The notes under the pieces: model-generated
What the model was told of the DNA's origin: nothing
Seen by the model: the letters and a program-made list of their open reading frames with translations, nothing else
Databases searched by the model: none
Made by a program: the position numbers and the translations under genes
Shown: positions 1 to 12,180 of the stretch, one piece after another
Layout: every line of letters starts with the position of its first letter
Numbering within the stretch: the first letter of the stretch is position 1
NCBI GenBank assembly: GCA_028534125.1
Contig: CM052832.1
Span: 12,092,001 to 12,156,000, forward strand
DNA length: 64,000 nt
Source of the DNA: Lama glama
Lineage: Eukaryota
Reading direction: 5' to 3'

Positions 1-843
1 TAAAGTTGGTATAACTGTAAAGGAAAACAGTTTGGCAATTCCTAAATTGGCAACTTTTAAAAATGTGAAACATGAACCAACCGTTTGACTCAGACATTCC
101 ACGACTACATATTTACCAAGGAAAATGAAAGCATATATCCATACAAAGACAGGTGAATGTTCATAGCAGCTTCGTTTGTAATATGAAAAACTGGAAACAA
201 CTCAGATGTTTATCAACAGATAAATACAGAAGTAAATTGTGATGCATCCGTGCAATAGAGTACTACTCACCGATAAAAAAGGATGAACTGTTGAGACGTG
301 CAGCAACATGGATGAACCTAGAAATAATTATGCTGACTGTGTTAAAAGATAAGCTTAAGTACATTACATTTTTGAAGAGTTATTTGAGCAAACAGATTCC
401 AGTTGAGCAGCAGCAAACCAGAAGTGGTTAGGAGTGCTCCATCGACAGGAGCTGGGGCAAGGTTTTATAGAGGAGACATGGAAACAAAACAAGGAAATTA
501 TTTGGTTTGCTATAGCTTAAGTGATTGTATTATTTGGGAAAGCCTGATTGGCTCTTTGTAATTAGTCATTCTTCTTAACTTTGCGCCATTAACAAGTGAA
601 ATAAGCCCGGGATGGGGGTAATTTCAGAAAATTAAAAATAATGTATAGTGCCAAAAACCACTACAGATTGGGAACAGAGGTGGGAAGGAGAAAGATTAAA
701 AGGGGCCCAAGGAAACTTTGGGGGACAATGAGTATGTTAATTATCTTGACTATAGTGATGATTTCATATGTCAAAAATTACCAAATTTTATACTTCATAT
801 ATATTGTTTGTTTCAGTTAAAACCTCAGTAAAGCTATTAAAAA
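1..843 (+). mobile_element. Old L1 (L1MC/L1MD-like) 3' end, split by a solo LTR
   Basis: Typical L1 3' motifs (atgttcatagcagc, ggaaacaactcagatg, gcaacatggatgaacct, ending cagtaaagctattaaaaac). The L1 text resumes at 595 after the insert. Confidence 0.85.
340..594 (-). mobile_element. Short solo LTR, ERV1-like
   Basis: Termini TGTTAA...TTAACA; 4-bp TSD actg (336-339) / agtg (595-598); CCAAT, TATAAAA and a degenerate polyA signal occur in order on the minus strand. Confidence 0.75.
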
Positions 844-1554
844 CAAGTAAAACCAGTTTCCTTTAAAAAGGAAATGGATTTATGAAGCTCAGAATTTTTA
901 CCAAGCTGGAAGAAATTTTCAGGACTTAAGTGTGGGTCCAGCTGGCCTGAGGTATTCCTAATGGAAACAACAAGGTATGTGGCTATAAAATTTACTGTGT
1001 CATTTCCTTCACCCCAGAAGGTGAACAGAATGAGACTGAAAGTCCTAGTCAGGATTAGGGAGGTGATTTCCTAAAGCACAAAATTTAATTACTTTTATAG
1101 TTTTGTGACAGAAATGAAAGATTTCATCAGTTATTGAGTTATCTAGCTTAAAAAAAAGCATTAGTAACAAAGTCTGAGGATTAGCTGAGTGTCTATATGG
1201 TAAGTGAAGAAGCACTTCTTCTTTATTATAAATTCATTAGCTATTAGTTTAAAGTGCTTCATTGTTCTTGTATTACACTAGTAAATTCTTTTTTCTTTTC
1301 TCTTGGAAGGAGACATAAATACGCAACTGCAGTGTGCATAATGATGTTCAGAGTAATGTTACCAACCAAAAAAACAAATAGCAATGTGTTGTCAGCTTCC
1401 TGGGTAGAAATGACATAAGGGGCAGACTGGTTTTATCATTTCTCGGATCCAACTGTTTAATGATTGCTGTGATATTTCTAAGTTGGAAAGAAGACAACAC
1501 AAAACTTAAAAACAGGGGGAAATTCAGATAGATATAAGATCACTTGCTTTTTCT

Positions 1555-1850
1555 TACTGTATAAAATTTAGATGCAGATCCTTGGAAGTTTAGTGTTTCT
1601 AACGAGAAGTCTGTTAACTATGTGTTAAAAATGTAAGCAAGCAGATTATCTCTCTGAAATAGTTGTATTAGCATTGACTCCCCACTCTCTGAAATAGGCT
1701 GTTTCAGTAGGACTTTTAGTTGATACCTATACCATAAGCTAGCTTGAGATGATCCTCTCAAGATGATGAAACAAATGAGACCACACAAAGCTATAACTCT
1801 GTCCGTAGAATTCTGGAAGCCACAATACACAAACCAACTCAGGAGGAAAC
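1555..1850 (-). mobile_element. Ancient RTE-clade LINE relic, copy 0: RT domains 2-3
   Basis: ORF 1618-1830 begins YCGFQNSTDRVIAL (cf. QCGFRxxRSTxDMIFxL). It continues IFNT*LTDFSLETLNFQGSASKFYTV (cf. AFDTVxRxxLWxxLxKxGCPxKF). Confidence 0.6.
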
Positions 1851-2061
1851 AATAAGAAATAGAATGGTTCTTTTAAAATCAAAGACTACATGCTAACCTC
1901 TACTTTAAAAGAATTATTCTTTGCAAATAACTATACTTGCAAATTAAGTATACATTTGTCCATGTGAAATGGGTTCTTTGACTAAAACTTGTCTCTGAAC
2001 TTACCTCCTCCAGTTTATCTGTAATTATAAATGTGACTTTCAACTGTTTCCACTGTGAAGG

Positions 2062-2463
2062 TGTATTAATAAAGATAGGCTAAGCTCTGTTGTAATAACA
2101 TCAAAGTCTCAGTCATTTTGTATAAGAAATATCTGGTTGTTGTTGATGTTACACATCTACCATAGGTTAGATATTCTGTTTCACATAGTCCCTCAGGGAC
2201 AGAGAATGATAAAAGTTCCGCTGTCTTATAGTTGTACCAGTTGGAACATGTGGCCTCCTTGGTCATTGCAAAAGGGGAAGGGAGAGTTGGAGAGTCACAC
2301 ACATGAGCCTTTTTCAGCATAAAAAGTGACAAGTTCTTTCATTCACAGCACATTGGCCAGAACTACTAATATGGCTCCACCTAACTGCATGGTAGCTGAA
2401 GAACTAGGTCGAGGCTGGGGACAGTCCATGGATAGTCAGTGATAAGTAAATGTCTTTGCTACA
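2062..2463 (-). mobile_element. MaLR solo LTR (MLT1K/L-like)
   Basis: TGT...ACA termini, perfect 5-bp TSD GAAGG (2057-2061 / 2464-2468), MLT1 motifs cacattggccagaact and ccacctaactgca. Confidence 0.85.
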
Positions 2464-2762
2464 GAAGGATGGTCAGATTTTTACATAACTTGAGCTCCAC
2501 TTTGCCTGACACTTTTGAAATAGCACCTTTAATAGAAATTTTAATGTTAAATAATTAAAATATCCAACTGGTAAAGATGCTTATAAGATGGCCTTTTAAA
2601 GTCACATGAATCATTTATGTATTCTCATTTGTTAACAGGGAAGAAGGGGCGGAAGAGAATCAATACATTGTTCAGTTTACCATTATTCACATAAATAGTA
2701 AACTGCCAGTTTCTGTTTTCCAGGTAGTCAAAATGACCTTGCTTCTGACCACAAAGTGAGGG

Positions 2763-2782
2763 GTGTGTGTGTGTGTGTGTGT
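2763..2782. repeat. (GT)n microsatellite
   Basis: Read directly. Confidence 0.95.
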
Positions 2783-2939
2783 AGAAATAGGTGGCTAAAA
2801 TGAAAAGTCAAAATGTATTTTGAAAACAGCTAGAGTGGTTTCAGCCATCTTTGGTTAGGACTTTCTCCTGTTAGGAATCACTCAGTCCCAGTTTTGGCTG
2901 AGTTATAATGTTGCCTTCCCCTCCAATAAAGCTAAACCA

Positions 2940-3150
2940 TTGAGGAGGAAAATCTTATATCATGATTGAATTATCTTCAGCTTTTATTAAGGCTACTTCC
3001 TAGGTTTTTTGAGGGGACAAACCAAATAGGGAATGAATCTAGGGTACAGTGGCAAGGACTAGTAGAGTCTCTTTGCATTCTTAGGAATGCCTGGGAGATT
3101 ATTTATATTCAGACCACCAAATCAAAAGACATTCTGTCTCAATTTAGCCT
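2940..3150 (-). mobile_element. Possible RTE relic, copy 0: RT domain 0-1
   Basis: AKLRQNVF*FGGLNINNLPGIPK ... PIWFVPSK gives a weak match to KLKxGKAxGxDxIP ... IWxxxxVP, collinear with the 1.6-1.85 kb piece. Confidence 0.35.
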
Positions 3151-3689
3151 AGTCTTCTGACCTGTTAACTTGTTAACTTTAACAGTTAACATAATTTTTA
3201 TAATAATAAAACATTATTATTTTGCAGATAGGAAACTAAAAAAATAGTAGAAAAGAAAATCCTCACAAAAGTTTCAGTTAAAAAACAACTTCTTTTACTT
3301 GAAAATAAATATTTTAATCTGCTTTTTTGAAGAGCCCCTTTTTGCTTGGAATATTAATTGTCCATCACGGACACTGCAGAATCTGGCACTTGAAGCTTCC
3401 ACTCCTGGACTGCAGTCTCCTTAGAGTTTACTACTCCAGTTCACCTTACAATCCTACTGTCATCTTCCCCTACATATTATCAGAGTTCTACAAGCACTTA
3501 TTAAGTACTTGTAAGTATCAGGCAGCAAGATCTGTTAAATATGGTTATGGAAAAGACATGATCTGTGCACTTGAAGAACTTGTAGGCCAGTTAGGGAAGA
3601 GAGACATGTAAATTGATATTTCAGTATAATGTTGAAGTGCTTAAGGGCCTTATCCTGAGCTCCTCTGTTTTCTCTACCTATACTTCCTT

Positions 3690-4510
3690 TCTCATATGTG
3701 GATATGCTTCTAGTTCTCAAATTTATCTCTCTGGCCCAGGCCTCTCTACTGTGCTCCAACTATTGACTTGAAATCTCCACTTGGGTATCTCTTAGACATC
3801 TCAAACTTAACATATCCCAAGTTAGAACACGATTTTCACTCCCCCAGTCAGCTCTTCTCCATCCCAGTAAATGGCACTGTTATCACTTATCATTGTATCT
3901 TGGTCTCCAAGCCTAGGAGTCATCTTTGATTCTTCTGCTTTTCTTGTTCTTCACACTTCAGCCAACTGGAGAGTCCTGTTAGTTTTAATTCTGAACTGCC
4001 TCTTGAATCTATCTACTGCAGTTACTCTGCACTGCCACCACTCCAGTTGAGGCCAATATCATTTCTTGCCTGGAGCGTAGTGACCTCTAACTGGCCTTCT
4101 TGTTACTCCAATTAATTCTTCATGTGATAGCCAGACAAATCTTAAAGTTAAGGAAGGCTGAATTACCTTCTTTGCTTAAAACCCTTCAATGATATCTCAC
4201 CTTCAAACTTCTCTGAGGTCTGTTAGGCTTTACATAGTTTGGTCCTTGCCTCTGCTTTTTCATCTTCATCACATGCCTCTTTCTGCCTCTCACTGGGCTC
4301 TGGCCATGGTGGCCTACCTTCCTTTCCTTGAATTTACCGAATTCTTTCTCACCGAAGTATGTTTGCCTTGCTTTTCTCTCTGCCTGTCTCTTCCCTTCGG
4401 CTTCTTATCACTTGGATCTCAGCTCACATGTCACCTTTTCAGAGAGCCCTTCCCATTAACCCTGTCTTTCTCATAATACTATATTTATTTCCTTCAAAGT
4501 GACCATCATA
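3690..4510 (+). mobile_element. L2 LINE fragment (an opposite-strand L2 3' piece lies at about 3485-3650)
   Basis: catctcaaacttaacatatcc, cctaggagtcatctttgattc, gcttaaaacccttcaatg. Confidence 0.85.
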
Positions 4511-4534
4511 ATGGCATGTCATAATTTAGTGAAA

Positions 4535-5515
4535 GACTGACAAACTGAGCCAGGGGAATGGTAAATAAAAGCTAATATTTGAGAGGATGTGAAAAAAACT
4601 ATACGGGAGAGAAAAATTTGCAAGTGACATATGTGGCACAGGACTTGTATCCAGAATATATAAAGGCTTTTCATAACTCAACAGTAAGAAAACAGATAAC
4701 CCAATTTTTTAAAAAAGCAAAAAATTTAAATAAGGACTTCATCGAAGATATCTTGATGACAAATAAGCACATGAAAAGATGCTCAACATCATTAATCATG
4801 AAGAAAATGCAAATTAAAACCACAATGAGATACCACCATACACCTATTAGTATGACTTTCAAAATACAATAAGCAAAAAAACTGCCAGTATGAAGTCCTG
4901 GAAAGGATGGGGAGCATCTGGAGTTCTCATTCATTGCTGATAGGAATGCAAAATGGTATGGCCATTTTGAAAGAGTTTGGCAGTTTCTTATAAAGTTAAA
5001 CATATACCTACATATGACCCAGCCATTCCACCCAGTCATGTCACACAAAAACCTGAAAAAGAATTTTTATAGCAACATTATTAATAATTTACAGAATCTG
5101 TATGTAACCCCAGTACCGTTTCGATTGGTGAACAACTAAACAAATCATGGTATATCTGTAATATGGCTTGCTATTTGGCAGTAAAAAAGAAACAGGTTAC
5201 TGACAGACACAACAGCATGGGTAAATCTCATATATTATACTGAGTGAAAGAAGCAAGATTCAAAAGGCTAGATACCGTATGATTTCCATTTGTATGTCGT
5301 TTTATAGAAAGCAAAACTACAGCAATGGAAAACAGACCAGGGGTTGCCAGGGTAGAAGCTGAGGGAGGGTCTCACTGCAGAGGGACAGCGCAAGGGCATG
5401 TTTGTGGGAGACGGAACTGTTCTGTGATTGTTGTGGTAGCAGGTTTTAAATTCATAGAACAGTACACCGAAAAGAGTGAGTTTAGTGTTTGTTAATTTTA
5501 AAAGAAACTTGAAAA
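4535..5515 (+). mobile_element. L1M ORF2 C-terminus and 3' UTR
   Basis: ORF 4579-4872 contains [27 protein letters not shown], the diagnostic L1 ORF2 C-terminal motif, followed by L1 3' UTR. Confidence 0.92.
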
Positions 5516-5789
5516 CAGAAAGACCGTGGACATTACTCTTTAAGTACTGGGTAAAACTTAATTTTGTCTTTTTGTCTCATCATGCTGGTTTTTTTACTGC
5601 CAGGCCAACAAATTTCAGTTTTTACCTACTTCCCAGAAAAGTGGTATCTAGCTACAAGAAGTGTTGGTTTCCCTCAGGCAGACCATATGACAATGATGTT
5701 CTTTGAGCTGGTAATGCTGTATTGATTCTTCTCGTTTTTCATTAGCTTTTGTTTAATGAATTAGGTTTTTATTTTCTAATTATGAACTT

Positions 5790-6560
5790 CTGTTATTTCC
5801 AAGATACGATTTTATAGGAATGATGCTTTTTAAAACTACTTGTGGAAAGATGTTTTTTCAACTTATAGTTTCCTAAGAGTGGGATGATTTTCAGTGCTTT
5901 ATTATCATTCAGCATTTCATATGTGAACTTTAAACTTTTTAACCAAAAAATAACCACACTAAGAAGGTACATAATATACAGTATTTCCTCCAATTTTTAA
6001 TACTTTATGCTCATCTCTAATAAAACAGCTGTATCCACCAGATGATATGAACACTGAGTTAACATTTATCAGACAGTGTTTTGTACTCTAACTTCATTAT
6101 ATTTTGTCACAATCCATTGTGTAAATGTTAGGTTAATTACTTGAAACCCAGACCTACTTGCTTGAAGAATTTCCATTTTGAAGTACATTGGAGTCATTAT
6201 TCACTGCACCTTTTTGATCTCCCTTTGAAAACTTCCAAGCATTTATTTTTCTATTATCTCCCTCAACAAAAGGAAACCACTTTTTGTCCTATTGATGTGT
6301 GACCTGGTGTGTATCACTCTGTTTCATGAGTGTGTATAATACAGGGTTGAATTTGGAAAGCATCCTCAACATTCCTGCATCATTTGAAACTTATCCCATT
6401 TTCTGATGTCTTCTCTTTCCAAAAAGCAACTTGATTTATTTATATAACAGTCATTGCAGCTGTAGCGTTTTAATTTCCTCTGTCATCTTCTCTCTCCATT
6501 TGGGATGATATGCAATATGCAGGGGGACATTTGATGTTCCAGTGGATATCATAAGAGAAT
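5790..6560 (-). mobile_element. RTE relic, copy 1: thumb and C-terminus
   Basis: In order: TEEIKT, then WFPFVEGDNRKINAWKF (about 6230-6280; cf. WTxxKxDxRKINAFE), then ORF 5793-5993 MLNDNKALKIIPLLG (cf. MxDxRxxKxIxxG). Confidence 0.5.
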
Positions 6561-7504
6561 GTTGAAGAGCTAAGTGGCGAACATTCTTCATACAGAATCA
6601 ATTTAGGCATCAGGCTATCCTCAGTCACAGGGTGGTACCGTAGTTACATCCTCATCTACATCACAGCATTTCTTTTAAAACTCGTCATTTAAAAACGATA
6701 AAACCAAATATTTAAAAGCGCTCTAGATGTTTACTTTGCTGAGCCTTACTGTTGATTTTGTTGTTTTATGGAATGCTGTAGAGCAGTCAGTCGATTGTTA
6801 ATCACGTTCTAACCCTATAAAATATGTAACAAGCTGCTGAACAGAATGATGACAGCAGACAGAGAACAGAGTTTCATTTGAATTCATGCAAATGTAGAGG
6901 TTTCCCAGAAAGCCATTTTAAAAGTATGAGCCACTTTTTGAAAATAAAACAAAGAAGAACGCCTTGGAGTAGAAATCTGTAATGAAACCCATAATAGCTG
7001 GAAGAGTACAATAAATTCTGCAGGGAGAGCTTTCCATTTTCTGTCCCTTTTCAAATTCTAATACTAAACTCTATTAGTAGTCAGTATAAAATAATGAGAC
7101 ATGAAGCCCTGCTGGTGTATAACTGTTACTAATCTGTTACTTTGCATACATTTTCACTTAAATGATTGTCTGTGGTCTTCTTGTGAAGGACCTGTTTTAC
7201 GCTTTCCAGCTAAACAGATGAGACCTATTAACTATCTCCTTTGAATGAATGGTGTCTTAATTTGCAGGCATTGCACTTTTTTTTACAAGTTGAGAAAAGA
7301 AAGGGATTGCATGCAAGGAACACAAGGGTATATACTCCAGTCAGAGATCAGTGTTCTTATGTGACTATGTGAATTGAAGTTCTTTTCATTAGTTTTAGTG
7401 CCACACTAAGGAAAAGCAGAGAGACATTTTTACTCTTATTTAAAAGATCTGTGTATTCTAAAGTGATCACCTTCCTTTATCTAGGTCACTTTGTTGTTAT
7501 ACTT

Positions 7505-7865
7505 TGAATAATTATAGCAAGAAACTTATCATTACCTCTCCCACGAAGTCTGATCTTACCCTGTCTTTCCTATTTCAGTTCATGTTGTTTCTTGGTCACA
7601 CAGACTTACAATTTAAGTCAGCTTTGATTCTTTTTCTCTTCATATGTTTAAGCAGTTGCCAAGTTCTTTTGATTCATCTTTCATAACTTCTCTCATATCC
7701 TTCTCTTATTTCATTCCCCTTGCCAGCATCCTAGTGCAGGCCATTATGGACTCATGCCTAAATTATTACATCTTTAATTGGTTTCCCAGCCTCCAGTTAA
7801 TTCCCTTCCAATCCATCCTGCATGTTACCACTAGATTTATCTTACTAGAACATGGCTTTTCATAC
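7505..7865 (+). mobile_element. L2 fragment
   Basis: cctagtgcaggccattatggactcatgcctaaattattaca, ccttccaatccatcctgcatg. Confidence 0.8.
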
Positions 7866-7934
7866 ACTTACCAATTTGAAAGTTTGGAAATGATTATAAA
7901 AATAATTGAAGCCATCAGTGTTATTAAGAGATAC

Positions 7935-8100
7935 CATAGTATAGTGGTATATGACCGTAGGGACTGAGTTACTTGACCTTTTTGGGCCTCAAGGTCTTCA
8001 GTTAAAAATAGCAAAAATAATATCACGGTTGCTATAATGAGTAACCACAATGTGTGAAGTACCTAGCTTAGTGGGCTCAATTAGTGATGCTACTGCTATT
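7935..8100 (+). mobile_element. MIR SINE
   Basis: gagttacttgacctttttgggcctca, cacggttgctataatgag. Confidence 0.7.
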
Positions 8101-8109
8101 AGTGGTAAT

Positions 8110-8750
8110 AGTATTGTTGTTGTTATCTTTAGGACACAATGGAGAAAGGGAACAGAGATTAGAAATGGAACCAGGAGTGACACCCTCATTTAGAAAGCAT
8201 CTTCTGCACTGACAGATGCTTCTGAAAAAAATGAAGATTTTTAAAAAGTTATATTTCTTGTAATATTTACATTTTTATATATGTAGGCCTCCTCTCCTCA
8301 AGTAGACTACAGTATGTAATTTTTCAGATACATGAACTAATGCTTTTACAAACCCAAAGATCAAAGGCCGTTAGTTTTAGTGATTAAGAGCTTAATGCTA
8401 ATTTTCCAGATTGCAGTTTCATATATAGCAATGGGTACCAGATGGGAATGGAAAGGTGAGACGGATGTAAGAGAAATCATCAAAGACGAATCAAGAGAAC
8501 TTTGCACCCCATGTCCGGAGTAAATTGTGGTAGAAAAGTGGAGACAATGGTAGACCTTTAATCCAGTGAATTTAGGGTGAAAAGAAAGAATGAAATAGGG
8601 CACTAGCTGGCAACAGGAATGGGCGGGGGTTGGTTTCCACCATAGGCTGGTGACATAAAGTAGTCAGAAGACAGAAACCAATGTTGAGGATAAGTGTGGA
8701 AACAAGGACCTCTGTAAGTTAGAAAGACTAATGATACTGTTTTTTAGATG
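8110..8750 (-). mobile_element. Degenerate L2 fragments
   Basis: Purine-rich L2 antisense motifs (gagattagaaatgg, gagaaatcatcaaagacgaatcaagagaactt). Confidence 0.55.
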
Positions 8751-8759
8751 ACATTTGGG

Positions 8760-8960
8760 CTGCTCCTGGGGACTATTGTTGTCTTCATGTGTGGTCAGCA
8801 TCCGTGTGTCATACAAATGGAGCTTGCTACTTCTTTTGCTTCTCTTCTGCAAGTCTTGATCATTACTATCTTTGAGGAATCTCACAATATTTGCCATTTT
8901 CAAACATGTTTGACATACACATGTAAGGCCAGGTAGTTGAGAGTTATGAGAAATGATGGC
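8760..8960 (-). mobile_element. RTE relic, copy 1: RT domains 5-6 (YADD region)
   Basis: ORF 8664-8978 reads PGLTCVCQTCLKMANIVRFLKDSNDQDLQK (cf. GIKIxGxxINNLRYADDxVLLADSEEDLQ). After a frameshift it reads THGC*PHMKTTIV (cf. YGLxINxxKTKVM). Confidence 0.55.
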
Positions 8961-9039
8961 GGGTGCTAGATGAGACAACTTTTTGTAAAACTCCCTTATT
9001 ACCTAAAAACCCAGAAAGAAAATGGCTGTTACTCATCAG

Positions 9040-9520
9040 TTAGTTTGGTTCAAGGTTTATCAGACCTTCTGGTCTGTTTAAGCACTGGGCTAGGACCACA
9101 ATGACTAGAAATGAGCATTTGCCTTCACAGGGCTTACACTTAAGTAAGCACAATATACCCACAGTACAAGATATTCATTTAGCAAATATTTGTTAAATTT
9201 ATGTTTATAACACAGTGTGTGCCAACTTCTGTGCTAGGTAAAGAGAATAAAAGAGGGAAGGAGACACAGACCTTTCCCTCAAAGTATTTATATTATATAA
9301 GTATGTATTAACTTCATTTTATAACAAGTTCCACTGGTATGGTATAGAGCAGCGATAGTTTAGAGTAATAAGGGATCACACATTTGGTTGGAAAGTCAGA
9401 AATCATTTATCATTTGCTGGATCTTGAAGGGGTGGGTAGGCTTTCAATAGACAAAAAGAAGGGATTAGTGAAACTTCAGTGAGACATGAACAAAAATAAA
9501 TGATCAAAGCAGGGAACTAT
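9040..9520 (-). mobile_element. L2 3'-end fragments
   Basis: attcatttagcaaatatttgttaa, tgtgctagg, gatcttgaagg. Confidence 0.7.
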
Positions 9521-9539
9521 TTGCAGAGCCCAAGTGATA

Positions 9540-10200
9540 ATAGAGGATAAGAGAAAAATGAAGCTTCAGAGGTCACCTAATCTCGTTCTCAAGCTTCAGT
9601 GTACATCAGAATCTCCTGGAGAGCTTGTTAAAATGCAGGTTCCCAGGCACTTCCCTCTCCTGAGTCATAAACCCTAGAGGGTGGTCCAGGAACGTGCATT
9701 CTTACTTATGTCTGTTTAGTAAGCATATCAGATGGTTCTAATTCTGTTTGTCCTTGAATTGCATTTAGAGAAACACTGACCTGGTCCCAAACATTCAGTC
9801 AATGCTTAAACTCCTTTTTAAGCATCTCTGCTAAGTGCTTGTCTACCCTTTGCATGAACTGGGACTCTGTCCTCTGAGGCTGCCTATTCTGTCTTTGAAT
9901 AGGCATGCTAAGAAAGTTTTTCCTTTTATTGAGCTGAAATTTCTCTGTCTATTCTATCTGCTGATTTTAGCTTTCCTTCCTTGAGGCCACAGAAAACAGT
10001 AATAGGCCTTTTCCCAAATGAGAGCCCTTCTAGTGTCAGAAGACCTCTCTTTGTAGGTTGAACACATCCCATCCTCATTGGTTTGGTTCGGTGTCCTTTT
10101 CTCTGTCCTGGACGCTTGCTTCTGAATACATTCCAGTTTTTCTGTGACCTTTGTTAAGTGTAGCACCCAGAACTAAACATTATTACTGCATGGTCTCTGA
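9540..10200 (-). mobile_element. L3/CR1 LINE 3' portion
   Basis: ORF 9954-10166 HLTKVTEKLECIQKQASR matches CR1 HFKKDxEKLExVQRRATR; L3 3' motif aagtttttccttttattgagctgaaat. Confidence 0.8.
9583..9778. mobile_element. MER5-type hAT MITE nested in L3
   Basis: ttctcaagcttcagtgtacatcagaatctcctggagagcttgttaaaatgcag ... gagaaacactg. Confidence 0.85.
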
Positions 10201-11214
10201 GTTGTGAGTGAATAGTACCCAGGTGGGCCATGTGGTTTTATCAATTATTTTTCATGTGGTCCTCATAAATATTGTAATGGAAACATGGAGACAAAGGGTT
10301 GATTGGAATAACCTTTTTTAAGAGATTGTATACCACTGAGAAAAGAAAGGGACTGGAACTGGCTTGTGTGCTTGGGGCTTGTCAGCTGCTAATTTGGGGA
10401 TGTAATAGAATGAAGGAGGATACTGCTCTTGTCCCTTTTATTCTCCCATGCGTAATTTTACTCCATCTTGACTTATAAAAATATACATCTCTTACCTCCT
10501 TCTTCCCTCTTGTGGCTTTCTTTCTCCCCTCCCCTTCTCTTTCTTTTTCCCTTTCCTTGTGTGTTAAGAATTCTGCATGTGTCAGAGAGTTTATCTGAGC
10601 TTTCATGTCCTTCCAGGTACTTTTGGGGAGGGCAGAGTGTACTACAGCCCTGGAAAATCTGGGTGGTGGAGGAGGGGCTTTGGCTGAGGGACAGAGCGGA
10701 GTTACTCATGTCCATCCCTTGTCTTCCTCCTGTGTGGCCCTTGACACTCTCTGATTGCGATAAGAAGTTCTTAGACTTGGGCTCTGGGCTTAAGTTAACC
10801 AGAGCTGCAGCTGATCAAGCTGAATTTAAATCATAAACTGTCTTTTGGAGGGTTATGTAAATGTAGGTCTCTAAGTCTGTTTTAAAGCTGTTGAACCAGG
10901 AGCAAAAAATGTTCACCCATCTTCCTGCAGGTTTCATTCTCCTATGGCTGCAATTTTAACTTGGTTTTCATCCCACCAACTTCTTTGAATTTGCCCCCAG
11001 AAAAGCTAACATATGAATTGTTTTAAGATTGGGTATTTTTCTAACATGGTAAACTATATCATATAGCCTTCTTCTAATGAAGAGGCTGGTGGCTAGGGCA
11101 AAGGGGAGAGAGGAATAGTGTTTTTTCTTTTTCCTAAGGAAGCCATATAATAATTTTTCTTGTTTTGTAATCTTAATTATTCAGAAAAGATGTCTGGTAA
11201 TTAGCTCTTTTGTG

Positions 11215-11935
11215 TCACAGTTCAGATCTGTATTTAATATCCTCGAGCTTTTCCACTTTCTCGCCCTTTAGCAACACACTCAACTTATTGATGACTGTTA
11301 CAGTTCGTTTTTTCTCCCGCTGATGTTTTCCTTCTAGAATAAGGATGCCAGTGGGCTTTCCATGAACCCAATCACAGTTTCCAAATGTGACTGGCGTTTT
11401 AGGTTCTTTTTGACTTTGCTGAATTATTCGCAACATCTTTTGTTTGTTGCTTGTTATGCCAGGTGATTGAAAAGTCCCTTGAGTCTCTTCCTATTTTTCT
11501 AATCCCAAAATTGACAGCTGAGTTGTAACAAATTGCTATATACACTGAACGAAGTTCACTGTCTCTAATTGATGGGTCATACATACTCCCATTAACAACG
11601 CAGCAGGATTTTTGAGTCTTCACTCTACTGCAGCATTTTATCTCAGTACTCATCAGCTTTTATAGAGCTTGATATATTTTCATTTACTTAAAAAAGAAAA
11701 AAAAAACTGCAGTTGAGTTCTCTTGGCAAAAATCCAAGCAATGACAGTTCTTTTGATGAGTTGTAAAATTGCCATTAATAAAGAAGAAAACTATGAATTA
11801 CACGGGGAAGAGTTATTGTTGATTTTTTTTTAAACCAAGGATTTTTAAAGGATCATTCAGACTTTCTAATTAGCCAGGTGTACAGGAATTTTGCCATCCC
11901 TTGTTTAATTTGACCTAGGATTTTTCAGTATGACT
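11215..11935 (-). mobile_element. RTE relic, copy 1: RT domains 0-4
   Basis: Ordered motifs: ILGQIKQGMA/KIPVHL, KRTVIAWIFAKR, YQA..LMSTEIKCCSRV (cf. NYRGIKLMSHTMKLWERV), NFGIRKIGRDSRD (cf. QFGFRKGRSTRD), RIIQQ...ILEGKHQR (cf. IxxGLHQG). Includes ORFs 11399-11653 and 11215-11436. Confidence 0.7.
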
Positions 11936-11961
11936 GATTCCACCCTGCCCTAGCAATTTAA

Positions 11962-12180
11962 TGTAGTATAGTGAACACTTGCTTTAGCATCAGACAGACC
12001 TGGGTTCAATTTCAGCTGTATGACCTTGAGTAAGCTACTTCTCTAAGCCTCAAATTTCCTTATCTATAAAATATGGCTAATACTAGACCCTACCTCACTG
12101 AGTCCAGGATTAATTGAAATCATAAAGGTAAAGATGTGCTTACTGCCTGGTGTAGATTTGGCACTCAGTAAGTGTAGGTA
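11962..12180 (+). mobile_element. MIR SINE
   Basis: gcatcagacagacctgggttcaa, tgtatgaccttgagtaag, tatctataaaatatgg. Confidence 0.9.

Noticed and set aside
6590..6630. EDSLMPKLILYEE resembling the RTE RxPKQxLYGE motif
   Set aside because: Out of order relative to the other copy-1 motifs, so treated as chance. It illustrates the false-positive risk of by-eye matching.
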